Shown piece by piece: positions 14,011 to 26,409 of a stretch of 64,000 nt of DNA. The stretch comes from a virus. A model generated the notes under the pieces. That model did no database searches, was not told where the DNA came from, and saw only the letters and a program-made list of their open reading frames with translations. Within the stretch, counting starts at the first letter, position 1, and the number at the start of each line of letters is the position of its first letter. Location of the stretch: IMG/VR virus record IMGVR_UViG_3300032007_000018, positions 72,445 to 136,444 of that record. One strand, written 5' to 3'. A program made the translations under genes and the position numbers.

Positions 14011-14720
14011 TTAGTGAATGTTTTTCATCCAGTTGTCAGGTTGATGATCAGGTTTGCCACCAGCCAAACGAGACCGGATATCGAGGTCCCAATTCACATA
14101 AAGCATATATCTTTCAACTAAGTCAAAAAGCTAATACATTGTCAGTTCTCCGCATTCTCTTAACGTCATGGAATTTAACCCAACGGTTAAAACTGACATA
14201 TACTGCGCGAAAACGCTTCCACCGCCATCACTTTTTTGTGCGGCAACGCGCTGTCGCGCACGCATCAGCTTTTCGGCGATTTCTCTAGCTTTTTCTCCTT
14301 GTGGATTAAAAGACTATGTTTCCATAGGACCATTGTTAATACAAAAAATTTTGCCTAAGATATTCTGAAAAGGTTCAAAGTTAGTTTCATCAATCATTAC
14401 ATTATTATCATCGTTTTTTAATATTATTGCTCTTGGAGTTAATAACATTTGATAGTTAGGTAAAATTAATGGAAAAATCTGTCGAACCGCTTCTTTCTTA
14501 TCAAGAGCTTCTTTTTCTTGCATTATCGTCATAAATATCTAAAAATTGTTAGTATTTGCTAAAAGAGTTTCGCCCTAAGCAATCATATTTTTATTCACCG
14601 ACAGAGTTTGTACTCCTGTGAAGAAATCTGAATCCCCTATAAGGGCAATTTCTCGTAAACGAGGTTGATGTACTATTAATTGACATTCTGGAATTGGAAT
14701 ATCAGTGCCGCACATCAGAG
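14011..14720 (-). CDS. Hypothetical neck or tail-terminator region protein, TAG-recoded
   Basis: Track ORFs 14314..14532 and 14575..14832 are in one frame. A likely start overlaps the upstream TGA as a TGATG junction. TAA stop at 14011. Confidence 0.35.
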
Positions 14721-14731
14721 CCAGCCGCATA

Positions 14732-15388
14732 TCAAAGGCCATTTGAAGGATCGTTAAATACCTTATTAAAATTTTCAAATAAGGTTTTATTGCCCTTAGA
14801 ATCCATTGGATACTTAGAATCTTCTCCCTCATAGCCGTGAATAGCCTAATACATTAAGGTTAAACCAGCAAATTCATCTGATAAAACGATTTGATTACAA
14901 CCTAAAAATTGCAATGTTCCAATACCAGTTAATTTTTTATTATTAAACATAGTATCAATTTCACTAGCAATTTTATAAGGTCTAAGTTGAAAATCGCCAA
15001 GATTCCACTGATTAAAATGACAAACAATATCAAAACTGACTATATTATCTCTAAATTCTGGATTTGTCATATTTGGAGTAAAATTATCAAAACTGATAAC
15101 AACATAACACAATTCTGGTCTATCAACCTTCAACTTAGGAATAATTTTTATCTATTGCCCAAACATTGACAAAGATTCTTCCTCAGTTAAATCCCTCCAT
15201 CCTTTACCAAGGATATGCTTTTCTCCAGAATCTTTATAATCTAACCCTGATATTAAAGCGTCAGATGAATCATACCATAATAATCTTTTTAATCGGTCAT
15301 TCTTTAAAAAGTAAGATACGATAATATTCATATCTTTTTCTACTGCTAAAAAAGAAGAATGAGGATACTAAAAAGTCTAAACCTTCAT
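14732..15388 (-). CDS. Hypothetical structural protein, TAG-recoded
   Basis: ATG at 15388 with SD AAAGGAG. Track ORF 14846..15133 is in frame. TGA stop at 14732. Confidence 0.45.
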
Positions 15389-15406
15389 AAGCAAAACTCC
15401 TTTATC

Positions 15407-16477
15407 TCAAAACAACGATTCAACTATAATAGTTTTTGTTGTTGTGCCTTTTATTAAATCAAACTGCCCACTATAACCAGCAGTCCATTCTAATTCAATA
15501 GTGTTTTTATCAATTTCTTTAAATTTTACAGGATATTTTTTATCAATAAACCAATCTCCAGAAGATAAACCGGTATAAGTATAAATATATTTTCCTTTTG
15601 GCTTAATAAAAGTTTCTCCTTCAATACTTTTTTCAGTACGTTCAGAGTTAGGATTCTCTTCCTAAAGAATTAATCCACCTGCAACGCCATTTTCTACATC
15701 GTCTTCAAATTCATTAGCGTAATACTCAACAGCATTTACCTGAAGAATTCCAGGAGTAGATATCCAGTCAATGGCTTCTACTCTCCAGCATACTTTTTTC
15801 TAATCTTCTAATACATAGAATTTTGCATATCGATTAAAATAGTTCAAATTAAACTAATTGGCTGGAAGTAAAATATTTAAAGAATAATTAGGTCTATCAA
15901 CACTAATACCATTTTTTTGAATATAATTTATTTTAGTTTCAACAGGGCCGCGAATTGCGGCATATGTCATATGCTCAATTCCGTCCTCATCTTGAAACCA
16001 AATCGTATATCTACATCTTCTAATTTCACCACGAAAATAAGCAAGTTCAGTTTTATCTTGCAAATAAATTAACCAATACGTATTTGTATTTACCCATTCA
16101 AAAACATCACCAGGCTAATAACCATGTTCATATCCTATTGAAATAATTTTATCATCATAATCCTGTTTTACTTTATCTGGATTAATTAAAGCACGAACAG
16201 GAGGCTAATTACGAAGCATTTCATCAATATTCTCCTCGATGGGAAAATATTTTTTTACAAAAGCTCCCTAATAAGAATAAAGCACGGCTTTATCTAAACT
16301 TCGACGCTTATCTCGGATCATTCGCTCTTGCTGCATCCTACCTCCAGCTTGGCGCAAACGCTAATACATATCAACCACTCCATCGCAAGCGGTAGCGCTA
16401 TTGAATTTTGGGGTAGAAAGTCTTCCTGTACGAGCACCCATTGATCTAATACTGGGACTTGAATAATTATGTTTCAT
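15407..16477 (-). CDS. Hypothetical structural protein, TAG-recoded
   Basis: ATG at 16477 overlaps the upstream stop as ATGA. Track ORF 15854..16063 is in frame. TGA stop at 15407. Confidence 0.45.
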
Positions 16478-16779
16478 TTCATCAACCCCCGTAATAGACT
16501 AATTGATTCAAATACGGTTTTTCTATAAAAATCAAAGTCAGTAGCTCCAACTCTAATTCCTTCTAATTTAGCAAGTAGCTATAAAAATTGCGGGTTCTCA
16601 ATAAAAATCTCATTAAGCCCCGCAATTTCCAGAATTACTGTATTAAGTTGTTTTTCCCAATTCTCACCGTTTTCACGCATGGGAATTAATTTCCACATCT
16701 GATTTGTTAATCGAGTAATATTCTTTTCAAACACGTCAAACGAGAAATTAAAATCGTATTTAGTAGCCATATCTATCAT
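16474..16779 (-). CDS. Small hypothetical protein, TAG-recoded
   Basis: Track ORF 16579..16803 is in frame. SD GGAAGAGG lies before the ATG at 16779. TGA at 16474 overlaps the next start. Confidence 0.4.
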
Positions 16780-17392
16780 AATAGACACCTCTTCCAAATA
16801 CATCCCAATTAGAACGATATATGCCAGTGCTTAAAGGACGTCTACGCTTATATAAGCGCTACATATGAATAGACTATCTTTGACATTCATTTAACAATCC
16901 CATTAATTTCTATAAATGATTTGCCTAAGAAGTCATTTTAAAATCGCTTCCAGAATACTTCATACGAGTATTTTCAATAGAAGTAACTTGTCTCTATACC
17001 CAAGCGCACATCATTAGAATAGCTATGATATTGATTTCTTCTGTTGTTAATTCAAAATTAAACGTAGAAGCATCTACCATAACAACATCTTCTTCTGGAG
17101 AATTTTCACCATCTAATTGCTCTGCTAAATCGTCTAAGACAGGATTATCTAATTCTTCCCATTTAATACGATCAATTACAAAGTCATGATCGTCAATATC
17201 TCCAGCATGTTTAGGAATTACTTTTAATTCATAATTACTTAAATTACACCTTGGGAATTCAAACCCCGGCAAAGCATCAATTAATAAATTTTGTAAGTCA
17301 CGATAAGTATCTTCGGGAGTTAACTCTACATACATATCATCTGTAATTTTTCCAAGAAAGCGATCATAAATAGCACCAAAAGGAGTACCCAT
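16760..17392 (-). CDS. Head-tail adaptor-like protein, TAG-recoded
   Basis: Track ORF 16994..17392 (acidic, DxxxLxxL-like N-terminus). SD AAGGAGGG. The frame extends through TAGs to TAA at 16760. Confidence 0.4.
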
Positions 17393-17421
17393 TTATTTAC
17401 GCCCTCCTTATATTAGTCTGT

Positions 17422-17985
17422 CTATTTGTTGACAACCTTATAGTTAGAAGCAGTACGGCGACCAGAGGTAGCGGTTTCAGTCTTCACTCTACGCTCGGGC
17501 GCAAGTGGCTCAATATGATCTTGCTCCTCTGCCTTTTCCTCTTCAATATGCACAAGAGCCTTATCAACATCAAATCCTGTTTTGTCTTTAAGAGCTTTTC
17601 TCTTATTAAGATCTGTTAAAGGAAGTTTAACAGCCATGGATTTAATAAGATCGATGACACCAAGCGGTGCAAAATCAAGAGCATCTAAGAAGGCATCAAG
17701 AGAGCCACTAATTAGAAGATCTCTTACCTACGCCTCAGACATATCATACTCAATTTCACGATGAACATTAAGGTCATTTGTTACAGCTTCATCAATAATC
17801 TGTAAAAACTGTTCTAACATTTCACGTCCGCCCTGTTGATAAGTAAGCTTCTCAAGTTCCCCAAAAGGAATTCTCTTCACTTCTCCTGGAGCAAATTCAC
17901 GACGCAAATTGCTTTCTGGAATCCTATAAACAACAGTGCTTGCGCTTCTATTCTTTACGTTATACATTGTATCTTGATTAATCAT
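17422..17985 (-). CDS. Hypothetical head protein, TAG-recoded
   Basis: Track ORFs 17728..17985 and 17422..17637 are in one frame, separated by TAG. SD AAAGGAGA. Confidence 0.5.
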
Positions 17986-18015
17986 AATTTTTCTCCTTTA
18001 TCTCTAAATACTAAC

Positions 18016-18052
18016 AAAGAAAAGGGGAGAGGGGAACTTCCCCGTCTCCCCC
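18016..18052. terminator. Rho-independent terminator after the major capsid gene
   Basis: GGGGAGAGGGG-aactt-CCCCGTCTCCCC hairpin plus a T-run on the minus strand. Confidence 0.65.
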
Positions 18053-18064
18053 TACATTTCTTTA

Positions 18065-19171
18065 TTAAATAGTACCACTTGGGCGACCATCATAGGTAGC
18101 TACATTACCACTTACACCATCAAGGTTCCAGGTAATCATCTGGCCGAGAAGTGAAGTATCAACATAGCAGCAAATATTATTAGCAAGGATAGCAGTTACG
18201 CCAACCTTCTTATAAACCTGAACTTCGCGAGAACGATCATAGTTGTTGAATTCATCAACAATTGTGCCGCCTTCAAAAGCGATCTTAACAGGCTTGCCAT
18301 CAGCACCAGTAGGAATTACCCAGCAATAACCAGGATCAATTACCTTACGAGTATTAGTTTCATCCTCGAAACCTTGCTCAAGAATGATAACTTTAGTGCC
18401 CTTGTAGCTTGCAAGACGACCAGTGTTCCAAAGCTCGGTCTTCATTGCTTCGGTATAACGCCAAGCTTCATTAGGAATCATCTTTACAGCAAACTCATAA
18501 GTGCAATAAATGGTTGGAGTGCCATAAGCAGCGGCAATCTGGATTAAGCGATCCATAGCAGCCTCATCGAAACCAACGGCAGCAACGCGGTTAGCAGGTG
18601 GGAGCTGGTTAATAGAAGCCTTGAGAGCAGCAGCAACCTCTTTGTAGATAAGCTCGTCCATACCTTCCATGATAATGCGAGTTACCTCAGCAAAATCAAC
18701 ACGACCATCAAGGAACTCCTCAAAGCCGATCTGAGCAGCTCCGCCGATAGCGCTGGTGCGTACTTCGAAGCTTTCTCTCTCGGCAGGACCGAGCTTGAAG
18801 ACTTCATAAATGCCAGCAAGTCCAACACGTGTTACAAACTGCTTTGCGCGAGCACGTGAATTAAGAGGACGACGGAAAACAGGCTTGTCGCCCTGTGCGA
18901 ATGTCTTAACCTCAGCGAATTGATCGTACTGCTGAGTTACCTTCTTAGGAAGAACTTCATCAAGAGTTTCTTCAATCATAGAGAAAATAAGGTTCTTATT
19001 TTCACGATATTGTGCGTAAGTGCCAGCCAGCTCATTCAACTCATTGCGGAGGGTCTCATTAAGAGCCGCATAGGAGAGTTGCTGATCGCCAAAGGAATAG
19101 GCTACAGGAGCAGAAGGGTCAGCCTTAGCAACTTGCTTCATTAAAGCAACTAAATTAGTTCTATCTAACAT
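18065..19171 (-). CDS. Major capsid protein, putative (lambda gpE-like or HK97-fold)
   Basis: Intact 368-aa ORF free of TAG. Relatively GC-rich and followed by a terminator. Lies downstream of the protease/scaffold gene. The C-terminal SYKG...G region loosely resembles lambda-E-type coat proteins. Confidence 0.6.
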   Translation of the reverse strand: MLDRTNLVALMKQVAKADPSAPVAYSFGDQQLSYAALNETLRNELNELAGTYAQYRENKNLIFSMIEETLDEVLPKKVTQQYDQFAEVKTFAQGDKPVFRRPLNSRARAKQFVTRVGLAGIYEVFKLGPAERESFEVRTSAIGGAAQIGFEEFLDGRVDFAEVTRIIMEGMDELIYKEVAAALKASINQLPPANRVAAVGFDEAAMDRLIQIAAAYGTPTIYCTYEFAVKMIPNEAWRYTEAMKTELWNTGRLASYKGTKVIILEQGFEDETNTRKVIDPGYCWVIPTGADGKPVKIAFEGGTIVDEFNNYDRSREVQVYKKVGVTAILANNICCYVDTSLLGQMITWNLDGVSGNVATYDGRPSGTI

Positions 19172-19189
19172 TACTCTTCTCTCCTTTCA

Positions 19190-20206
19190 TTAAGCGATAC
19201 GCATAATCTTTACGCCAGCCTGGTTGTCGGGCATTGTATAAACTTTAACAACCTGCCACTTCATATCGGTCTGAGCGTCAGCGTTAGCATTTGTACTAAG
19301 AACAAGAATACCATTGGTCTTGCCAGGGATAAGAATCTTGCCAACGGTAAGATCTTCAGCCTTTTCGTCAATTGTATTAGTAGTGAAAATATCACCAACA
19401 TTGGTCTTGAATACGCGAGGAACCATCTGGGTACCAGCTGGCATCTTCTTCTCGCGATAGATACCAAGACGTCTCCAAGGATCGTTAGTGAAGCCCCACT
19501 CATAGATATCTTCAACATCCTTAGTTACATCATCATAAGCATATTCAACAGGAATTTGTACCTTGGAAGTACCATTTTCATCAAGCTCATATTGAGTTCC
19601 CTTGTAAGTAAATACCTTAGCTTCACGAGTAGAAGCAGGAACATAGCCCTCTTCACCCTCTGTGCCTTGAGCAGGAACGTTAATAGTAGCGGTACTTACG
19701 GCATAACGATCGCCACCAATAGTAACAGTTTGACCTTCAACATCAAGAGTTACATACTGGTTAAGAGTCATAGAACCGTTGCCCTTTTCGTCAACACCAT
19801 TCAATCTATGCCAATCCTTATATTCAAGTTCGGCATTCTCATAATCATATGGGCTATAAATACGAGCCTGATAATCATCCTTAATCATTGCAAATTCGCA
19901 GTCCCACTGCTTACTTCCATCAGGATGATCACGATAGAGCTTAATCTCGTTGTAGACGAGCATCCATTCACCTGCACCGGTGAAATCGACTAAGCCAATA
20001 CCATTGCCATTTGCAGCATAATCATACTTTACAAACTGACCTTGCTCTAAAATCTGAATAGATGGATCAGCAGGAAGCTGAGCATAAATCTGACCAGTTC
20101 TTTGAGCAGAAAGATGATTTGGTTCAACTTGGCCATAGCCGAATTCAACGTATTTTGCTTGAGACTTTATTGGAAGACGGCTATTTAAAAAATCTTTAAA
20201 CATCAT
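19190..20206 (-). CDS. Capsid-associated protein (decoration or auxiliary), function uncertain
   Basis: Intact 338-aa ORF free of TAG, between the scaffold and major capsid genes. Confidence 0.45.
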   Translation of the reverse strand: MMFKDFLNSRLPIKSQAKYVEFGYGQVEPNHLSAQRTGQIYAQLPADPSIQILEQGQFVKYDYAANGNGIGLVDFTGAGEWMLVYNEIKLYRDHPDGSKQWDCEFAMIKDDYQARIYSPYDYENAELEYKDWHRLNGVDEKGNGSMTLNQYVTLDVEGQTVTIGGDRYAVSTATINVPAQGTEGEEGYVPASTREAKVFTYKGTQYELDENGTSKVQIPVEYAYDDVTKDVEDIYEWGFTNDPWRRLGIYREKKMPAGTQMVPRVFKTNVGDIFTTNTIDEKAEDLTVGKILIPGKTNGILVLSTNANADAQTDMKWQVVKVYTMPDNQAGVKIMRIA

Positions 20207-20226
20207 CGTTCAGTTTTCCTCCTTCA

Positions 20227-21795
20227 TTAATTTAATGTTTTTGCGGTGTTTAATGCAGCTTTCACCCAAGCTGGGGTAGAGCTATCATCACCTTCATTTC
20301 CGTTAAGATTGTAAGTTACTCCATTCTTGGTTTTATCTTCTTCTGTGGTGAAACTTACCTTATTACGGAAACAAATGACAGAAAGCTTTGCTTCAATATC
20401 ATCAAGAGAATACTGATCAATGTTCTCAAGAACATCTTTCTTATCCTCGTCAGATAACATATAAAATTCAGCAATCTTAGCTTCTTTTTCAGTGCGTTCA
20501 GCAGTATGCTTAAACTCACGTAAAGAAGTAAGCTCGCTATTTAAAGACTCAATAGTGTTATTGAGTTCAGCAACTTGGGTTTCAAGATTACTGTAATTAG
20601 TCTGAAGTTCGACATACTCAGGAATTTCTTCTAAAGTATCATAAGAGAATTTTTTATTCTTTTTCTTATCATCATCTGACTTATCTTCTTCGCCGTCATC
20701 AGACTTTTTACCATCTTCTGATGAATCTTCAGAATCCTTTTTACTCTCTTCACCAGAATTGCCCTTATTTTCTTCTTCTTCATCCTTTTTCTTGGCATAT
20801 TCAGCAATATATGCCTCAACGTCGGCAGCGGCAAACTGGGCCTCAGCAGCAGGAGTGTAGGTCTTGGTAACCTCAACCAGATCGCCCTCTGCCTTAAAAC
20901 CATCTGCTTCAGTAAGGGAGAAGTTTAAACGATAGTATTTCATCTCTGCGCGATTGCAAAGAACTGCGAACTTTTGACCATTCTCTTCAAATACGCCATC
21001 TACAGAATACTTAGAACACCAACGGTTTTCACTGTCAGGGTAAGTAGACTCAATGTAGCTATAAAGCGCAGACCAAAGAGCATCGCCGATTTCAACTGCA
21101 TAAGTATTAAACACTTTCGTTCCTCCTTCTGTTAATAATTCTTTTATCTCATTCATCATAGCGAACATCTTATTCTGGAAAGACTCGTCAATAACTAATG
21201 AGAAAGCAGTAATTTGTGACCCCTCAAAGCAGGGTTCACTTTGTTCCCCTAAAATACAAAGTTTAGAGATAAATGCCTCATTGATAATGAAAAATTGTGG
21301 CTTATCATTCTTATTTTTTGACCAAGTTGCATCTAAAGTTTCTTCGTCAAGTTCCATAGAATGATTATTGCCCTTCTCTGTTATTCTCTTAGCTTCTGGA
21401 TATACATGATCCCATATATATCCTTCGGTGCAGAGATAAAGATGCTCAACTTCTCCATCATCTAAATAAGTGGCGAACCAAATCTTAGCGTCTGTTGGAA
21501 CAAAACCATAAGGAGTTGTCGTATCAGTAATACGCCATTCTCCATTAGAAATATTTATCTAACGATTATGTTCCTCAAAATCGCCATCCTTCTCATTAAA
21601 AAATCCAACAATTGGGCATCCGCGCAAGCTAGGAGCCATTTCACGGGCCACTTCTTTTGTAATGATAGAATGATTACGATTTGGTTCATCGCCAACATAG
21701 CAAACTTTTATCTATACTTTAGAAATAAAAGGACTAATCTTTGTACTTTCGATAAATTCGATAGGAGTTTCTAACAATACACTTGTATGTTTCAT
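20227..21795 (-). CDS. Prohead protease / scaffold protein. An in-frame nested scaffold start is possible at 21357.
   Basis: ATG at 21795 with SD GGAGG. The frame continues through two TAGs into track ORF 20227..21357, which has an acidic Lys/Asp/Glu/Ser-rich stretch and a coiled-coil C-terminus. The arrangement resembles lambda C/Nu3. Confidence 0.5.
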
Positions 21796-21811
21796 TTCAG
21801 ACCTCCTCAAC

Positions 21812-23477
21812 TCATAGACTCTTTGTTCTAAATAGTTTTCTCACTTTTCTAATCATTATCTTTTTCTGGACGACCAGCCTATTTAGTTTCAGCTTTTTTT
21901 ACAGTCGTTTTCTGTTCTTCTGTTTTCTTTTGATTTTTTGAATCACCAGTTTGATTATTTTTACCCAACAAATCGGCCAAATTCATTGTAGAACTTAACA
22001 AATTAGGTAACATCAATTCAGTAAGATGAAGAACTTCGTTTTCAAAGTGAGCAGTATTTAAAATAAAGCTCTGTGAATGTCCAAGAGCAATTTGAGGAAG
22101 AATCTTAGAATGGCCCATTTGTGATTGCTCTTTATATAGTTTAGAAAGATTTTGATAATTATACTACGTAGTTTCAAGCATATAAAATCTAAATGCGTAT
22201 TTCTTTTTCGCAGTATTTCTTTCTTGTACTATTCTATCAAAAAATATTACGAATTGCAACAAAAGATTTCTTACGGTTGACTCATCTTCTAAAATTGATT
22301 TCTCTAAAGCCAAATTACCATCTGTATTAAAGATATTTTTTGAAGTACCGGCTGCCATAAAGACGCCTCGCTCAACCTTTGCTAAGTCATCTCTTGTCAC
22401 TGTAGTATTTTTATCAGACATATCAATACTTTCAACGTCCGCAAATGTAGTTAATACATCAACGCCAATAGCACGCTGCAACATAGCTACCGCATTATTA
22501 TGAATATCTCTAGCTTCATCAACATCAAAAATTAAATCCCCATTTTTATCTAAGGGAAGTTTTTGAATAATAATTTTTAATAGCTATTGCATCTGTTTAC
22601 GTCTATCTAAATCCTAAGCCGCATCTAAATCTAATATATAAGGAATAACATTAATAAATGTAGGCATATCGCTACCATTCATATTAAATTTAAACGCTGC
22701 TCCTGGATCTAATAGATACCAGCCATATCCAATACCTTGATGATCTGGTCCAAGTTTCCCTTGTTTATATAAAGCATACCCCTTCTTAAATTCATCAGGA
22801 AAAAGATTAATAATTCTCATACGATAATTAACATCTCCAAATGTATCAAAGAAAGCCATATTAAATTCAATGGCTGGCATGCCCATTACAGAATATTGAG
22901 TTCGGCAATACTCAATTGGAAGCTCTTGTATAATTATTGCGTCATTTGAAGGAACAATGTATCCATAATAGCATCCATCAACGAGAACTTTAAGTGCCAT
23001 CTCGCCGCAGATTTTTTTAATATAACTATTATCTAAAAAATTAAGCATTTTAGAAAAATCCTTCAATATTTTCTCTTCTTTTACAGTATCATCAAAAATC
23101 TCTGGGACAATATACCAATCGTAACGATACATAAAAGATACATACTAACAAAGTCTTTGATAGATACCACTTGTCTTATAAAAGAATCTTGAAAATTCGC
23201 GCAAAATTTTATAATCATTAGTCATAATGGCTTGATATAATATTCTTTTATCTCCAAATGGAAGAGTTTTTGGCATAATGCGTTTTAAATTTCCTAAATC
23301 AAGAACTGCATCATCTAAATTTTTCATACCAACTTTAATTTTCTTAAATTCATTATCAAGGGTACGAAATTCAATATCTCTACCGCCATGAATCATATCA
23401 AAACCTTTTGAATAAATGGTTTCTTTACGACTTGGCGCAAGCAACCCATCTTGCGCAAGTTGTTTTTCAATTTCCAA
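21812..23477 (-). CDS. Portal protein, TAG-recoded
   Basis: Track ORFs 23145..23477, 22614..23132, 22164..22484 and 21879..22118 are all in one frame, with codon high coordinate = 2 mod 3. They are separated only by TAG. About 555 aa, between the terminase and the protease. SD GAGAGGAGG. Confidence 0.65.
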
Positions 23478-23499
23478 ATGATTTACCTCCTCTCTTTTA

Positions 23500-23856
23500 T
23501 TAATAGCCAGCTTTGTGCATTATATAGTCATAAGAAATTAAATTTTCTTCGGTATAAGGAATTTCAATTAACTTAAAATCATGTAAAGCACAAAATCTTC
23601 GCTTTCGGTTATCATTGTATTGTTGTTGATAGAGGCCACGTTTTCCACCAAACTTCTAGCTAGCCTCATAATGCTACCTACCTTGATATTCTATAATAAA
23701 GTCAATTTGTCCATCATCATCAAATACAACAAAATCAAAACGAAGAGGTCTGCCACTGTCAGCCTTCAAATCTGGAAAGCTATACTCCTCTTTAAAAGTA
23801 AGCCCAGACTCAGCCAGAATTTCTTCAATCTTAATTTCTCCTCTTGAAGCTCGCAT
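23500..23856 (-). CDS. Vsr/DUF559-like (PD-(D/E)xK) endonuclease, TAG-recoded
   Basis: Motif FDFVVFDDDGQIDFIIEYQGR[TAG]HYEAS[TAG]KFGG. This aligns to IRLIEFDGEQHYKPVQRFGG of 30490..31241, and both TAGs align to Gln. SD AAAAGGAGAGG. Confidence 0.6.
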
Positions 23857-23872
23857 AATACCTCTCCTTTTC

Positions 23873-24583
23873 TCATATAAATATCCATCTATATTTTGGT
23901 CCTTTATTTCCTCCGACAGCAATCTAACCATTTGATTTACAACTTTTACTAATAGTAATATTTGATATATTATATTTTCGTGCCGCATCATTTATAGAAT
24001 CAAAAATTTCGCCAGTGTCTAAATTTTTCACTTTTTTTGCTCCAGGCTTTTGTTTTATCTAAGATTGCTCTTTATTTAATAAATCCTATTTTTCAAAACA
24101 CCAATGCAAAGGCTCTTTTGTAATAGGATGTTTTCCAGCAGATAATCTATCTCCTTTTATCTAACTAGCAATATTACTACCACCTGTTGCCGTTAAACCA
24201 GCCCACAATGCAGCCGCAGTTAAAGATTCAAAACACTATCCAGTTTCTTTACAATATACTTTTTTCCTGGCAGTGTAATTTATTGAATGATGAGGAACTT
24301 TTCCTCCAGTTTTTATATTATAGCCTTTTTTAGGGTTTGTTGAATCAAAAACAGCAATCCAATATTTTTCTCTTTCATCTGCTTGCGCACTTGTTAAGCC
24401 CTCTTCAAGAATGAAATGCTCAAAATTCTCCCATCCATACTCTTGAATTGCTTTATAAAAGTGAGAGCACCCCTGATATCCTGATCCTCCTCTAGCACGT
24501 CTTTCTATTGTATCTTTTGTCTATCCAATATAAACTTTTTTAGTAATTTTATTTTTATGTAAATAAATAATATAATTATTCAT
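23873..24583 (-). CDS. GIY-YIG homing endonuclease, TAG-recoded
   Basis: MNNYIIYLHKNKITKKVYIG[TAG]TKD...YGWENFEH...GYNIKTGG. Paralog of 11211..11801; the two share a nucleotide block near 11240 and 24110. SD AAGGAG. Confidence 0.75.
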
Positions 24584-24650
24584 ATACTATTCAACTCCTT
24601 CCATAGAAATATGAAATTAGTTTTAATAGTATTGACTTATACTGTCCAAG

Positions 24651-26405
24651 TTAGTTAAGGAACATCCAATCTTTAGCATTAAATTTCTTTTTTCTCTTCT
24701 TATTATCTTCTTCGACTTTAATATAATACAAGCCATATTCAAACGCAGAAAATTTATCCTTCTTAATTGACTTATTTGCCTATTTAAGAATAATATTTGT
24801 TCCCTCATTTTCTTCTCGGAGATTCATCATCTCTTCTTTTAATATGGAAGTTAAGGTGAATGGTTTTAAATAAATTGACCTCTCTTCAGGTTTCATTGCC
24901 TAACCAACTTTAGTTCCTAATAATTTTATCTTAGCATCTCTTTCTTCAATAAGCATTTTTACTTTACCGGAAGAAAGATTTACTTGAGCATTAGCATGCG
25001 CTTCTGTGTTAATTGGCGCATTCGCTTTGATAATATAAATTGCATTTTCTTCGCAATCAGGAGTTCTATACTTCTTATACTCTTCAGCCGCATCTTCTTG
25101 AGTACCACCATAAACGCCAAAATCAGCAATGGTATCTCCGGTTTCTGGATCAATAGATGGTTTAACCATATAATCAATCAAACCAATACCAAGACCATTA
25201 CCATCGATTACGATACGACGCGCATTATATTTATAATACAACTTCTTAAGCGCAAGAGCCTAATCACCAAAGTGTTCATCAGTTAACGTATAAATATTAA
25301 CAAGAGACTTCAATGAAGGTCCTTGCGGCTGCGGGCTAACTTTAAATACGCAAACAACAGTATCGCATCCCTTACGACCTACATCAACTGCGAGAATATA
25401 ATATTGATTTTTACTTGAACGACCAGATGCTTCATATTCTGGTTGCTTCAAAATTCTTCCACGATTAAACATTTCAGAATTGAAATAAGCATCTTCTACA
25501 TCACCAGTCCAACGAGATTCATATTCACGTTCAAATGAAGCCTCGTTAAATGTTCCTTCATCCTTCTGGTCTTGAATAAATGTTTTACTTTGAAGTCCTA
25601 CTTCAACAGGTAGTCGCCAAGTTCCGCCAAGAACGATGCATCGCTCTGGCTGAGTAACCATACGAACTAAGAAACCAATAAGTCGCTCATAAGGATAAGT
25701 ACCTTTATATCCTGCCGTAGTAACAAATACCTGACTTTTATTCAAAGTTTCCGTTGGCTAAGTTGAACCATCCATACATCTGCGGGAAATAGCCATCGTA
25801 GGAATAATGACTTCGCGCAAGATTTGGTCATCAACGCCAACACACTCTTCGACAAGTCCGCCATGCTTACGCTTACCTCTTGAAGACTCTCTTGCCGCAA
25901 TATTATCAAGAGTGGAACCACTCTTAAATACGTATTTACAATAATCCTTTCCTTCAAGAGTCTTACCACGACGTCGATCAATTTCTCGATCGAACGCAGG
26001 AATCAAGGTACAAATTTCATTTACTTTATCTTTCAGAATGCCTGCAGCCTGTTCTTTACCACCAGACGTTACAAACAAGTTAGCTCGTGGATAAAGAATA
26101 CATCTAATCATTAATGCCATAACTGACAAGAAAGATTTGGAGTAAGCACGAGGGAATACCGCATAAACATACTGATGGCGCATTACACAACGTAAAAATA
26201 CTCGCTGATAAAAATAGAAGTGGAACTCGCCTTCTTTTACCTCTGTGCGAGTTCCTCTTACCATAAAATCTACAAATAAATCAGGATATTCACGCCAAAA
26301 AGCTATGTAATCGCGCAAGTATGGTTTGATAGCATTTATTCTTTCTTCTGAAAGACCAATTTTCTATCGCTTATTATTTAAGTCTAATAAATCTTGAAGA
26401 CCCAT
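24651..26405 (-). CDS. terL: Terminase large subunit, TAG-recoded, about 585 aa
   Basis: Track ORFs 25758..26318 (ATPase region), 25260..25745 and 24900..25241 (RNaseH-like nuclease region) are all in one frame and split only at TAG. ATG at 26405 with SD GAGGAG. TAA at 24651. Confidence 0.85.
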
Positions 26406-26409
26406 TAAG

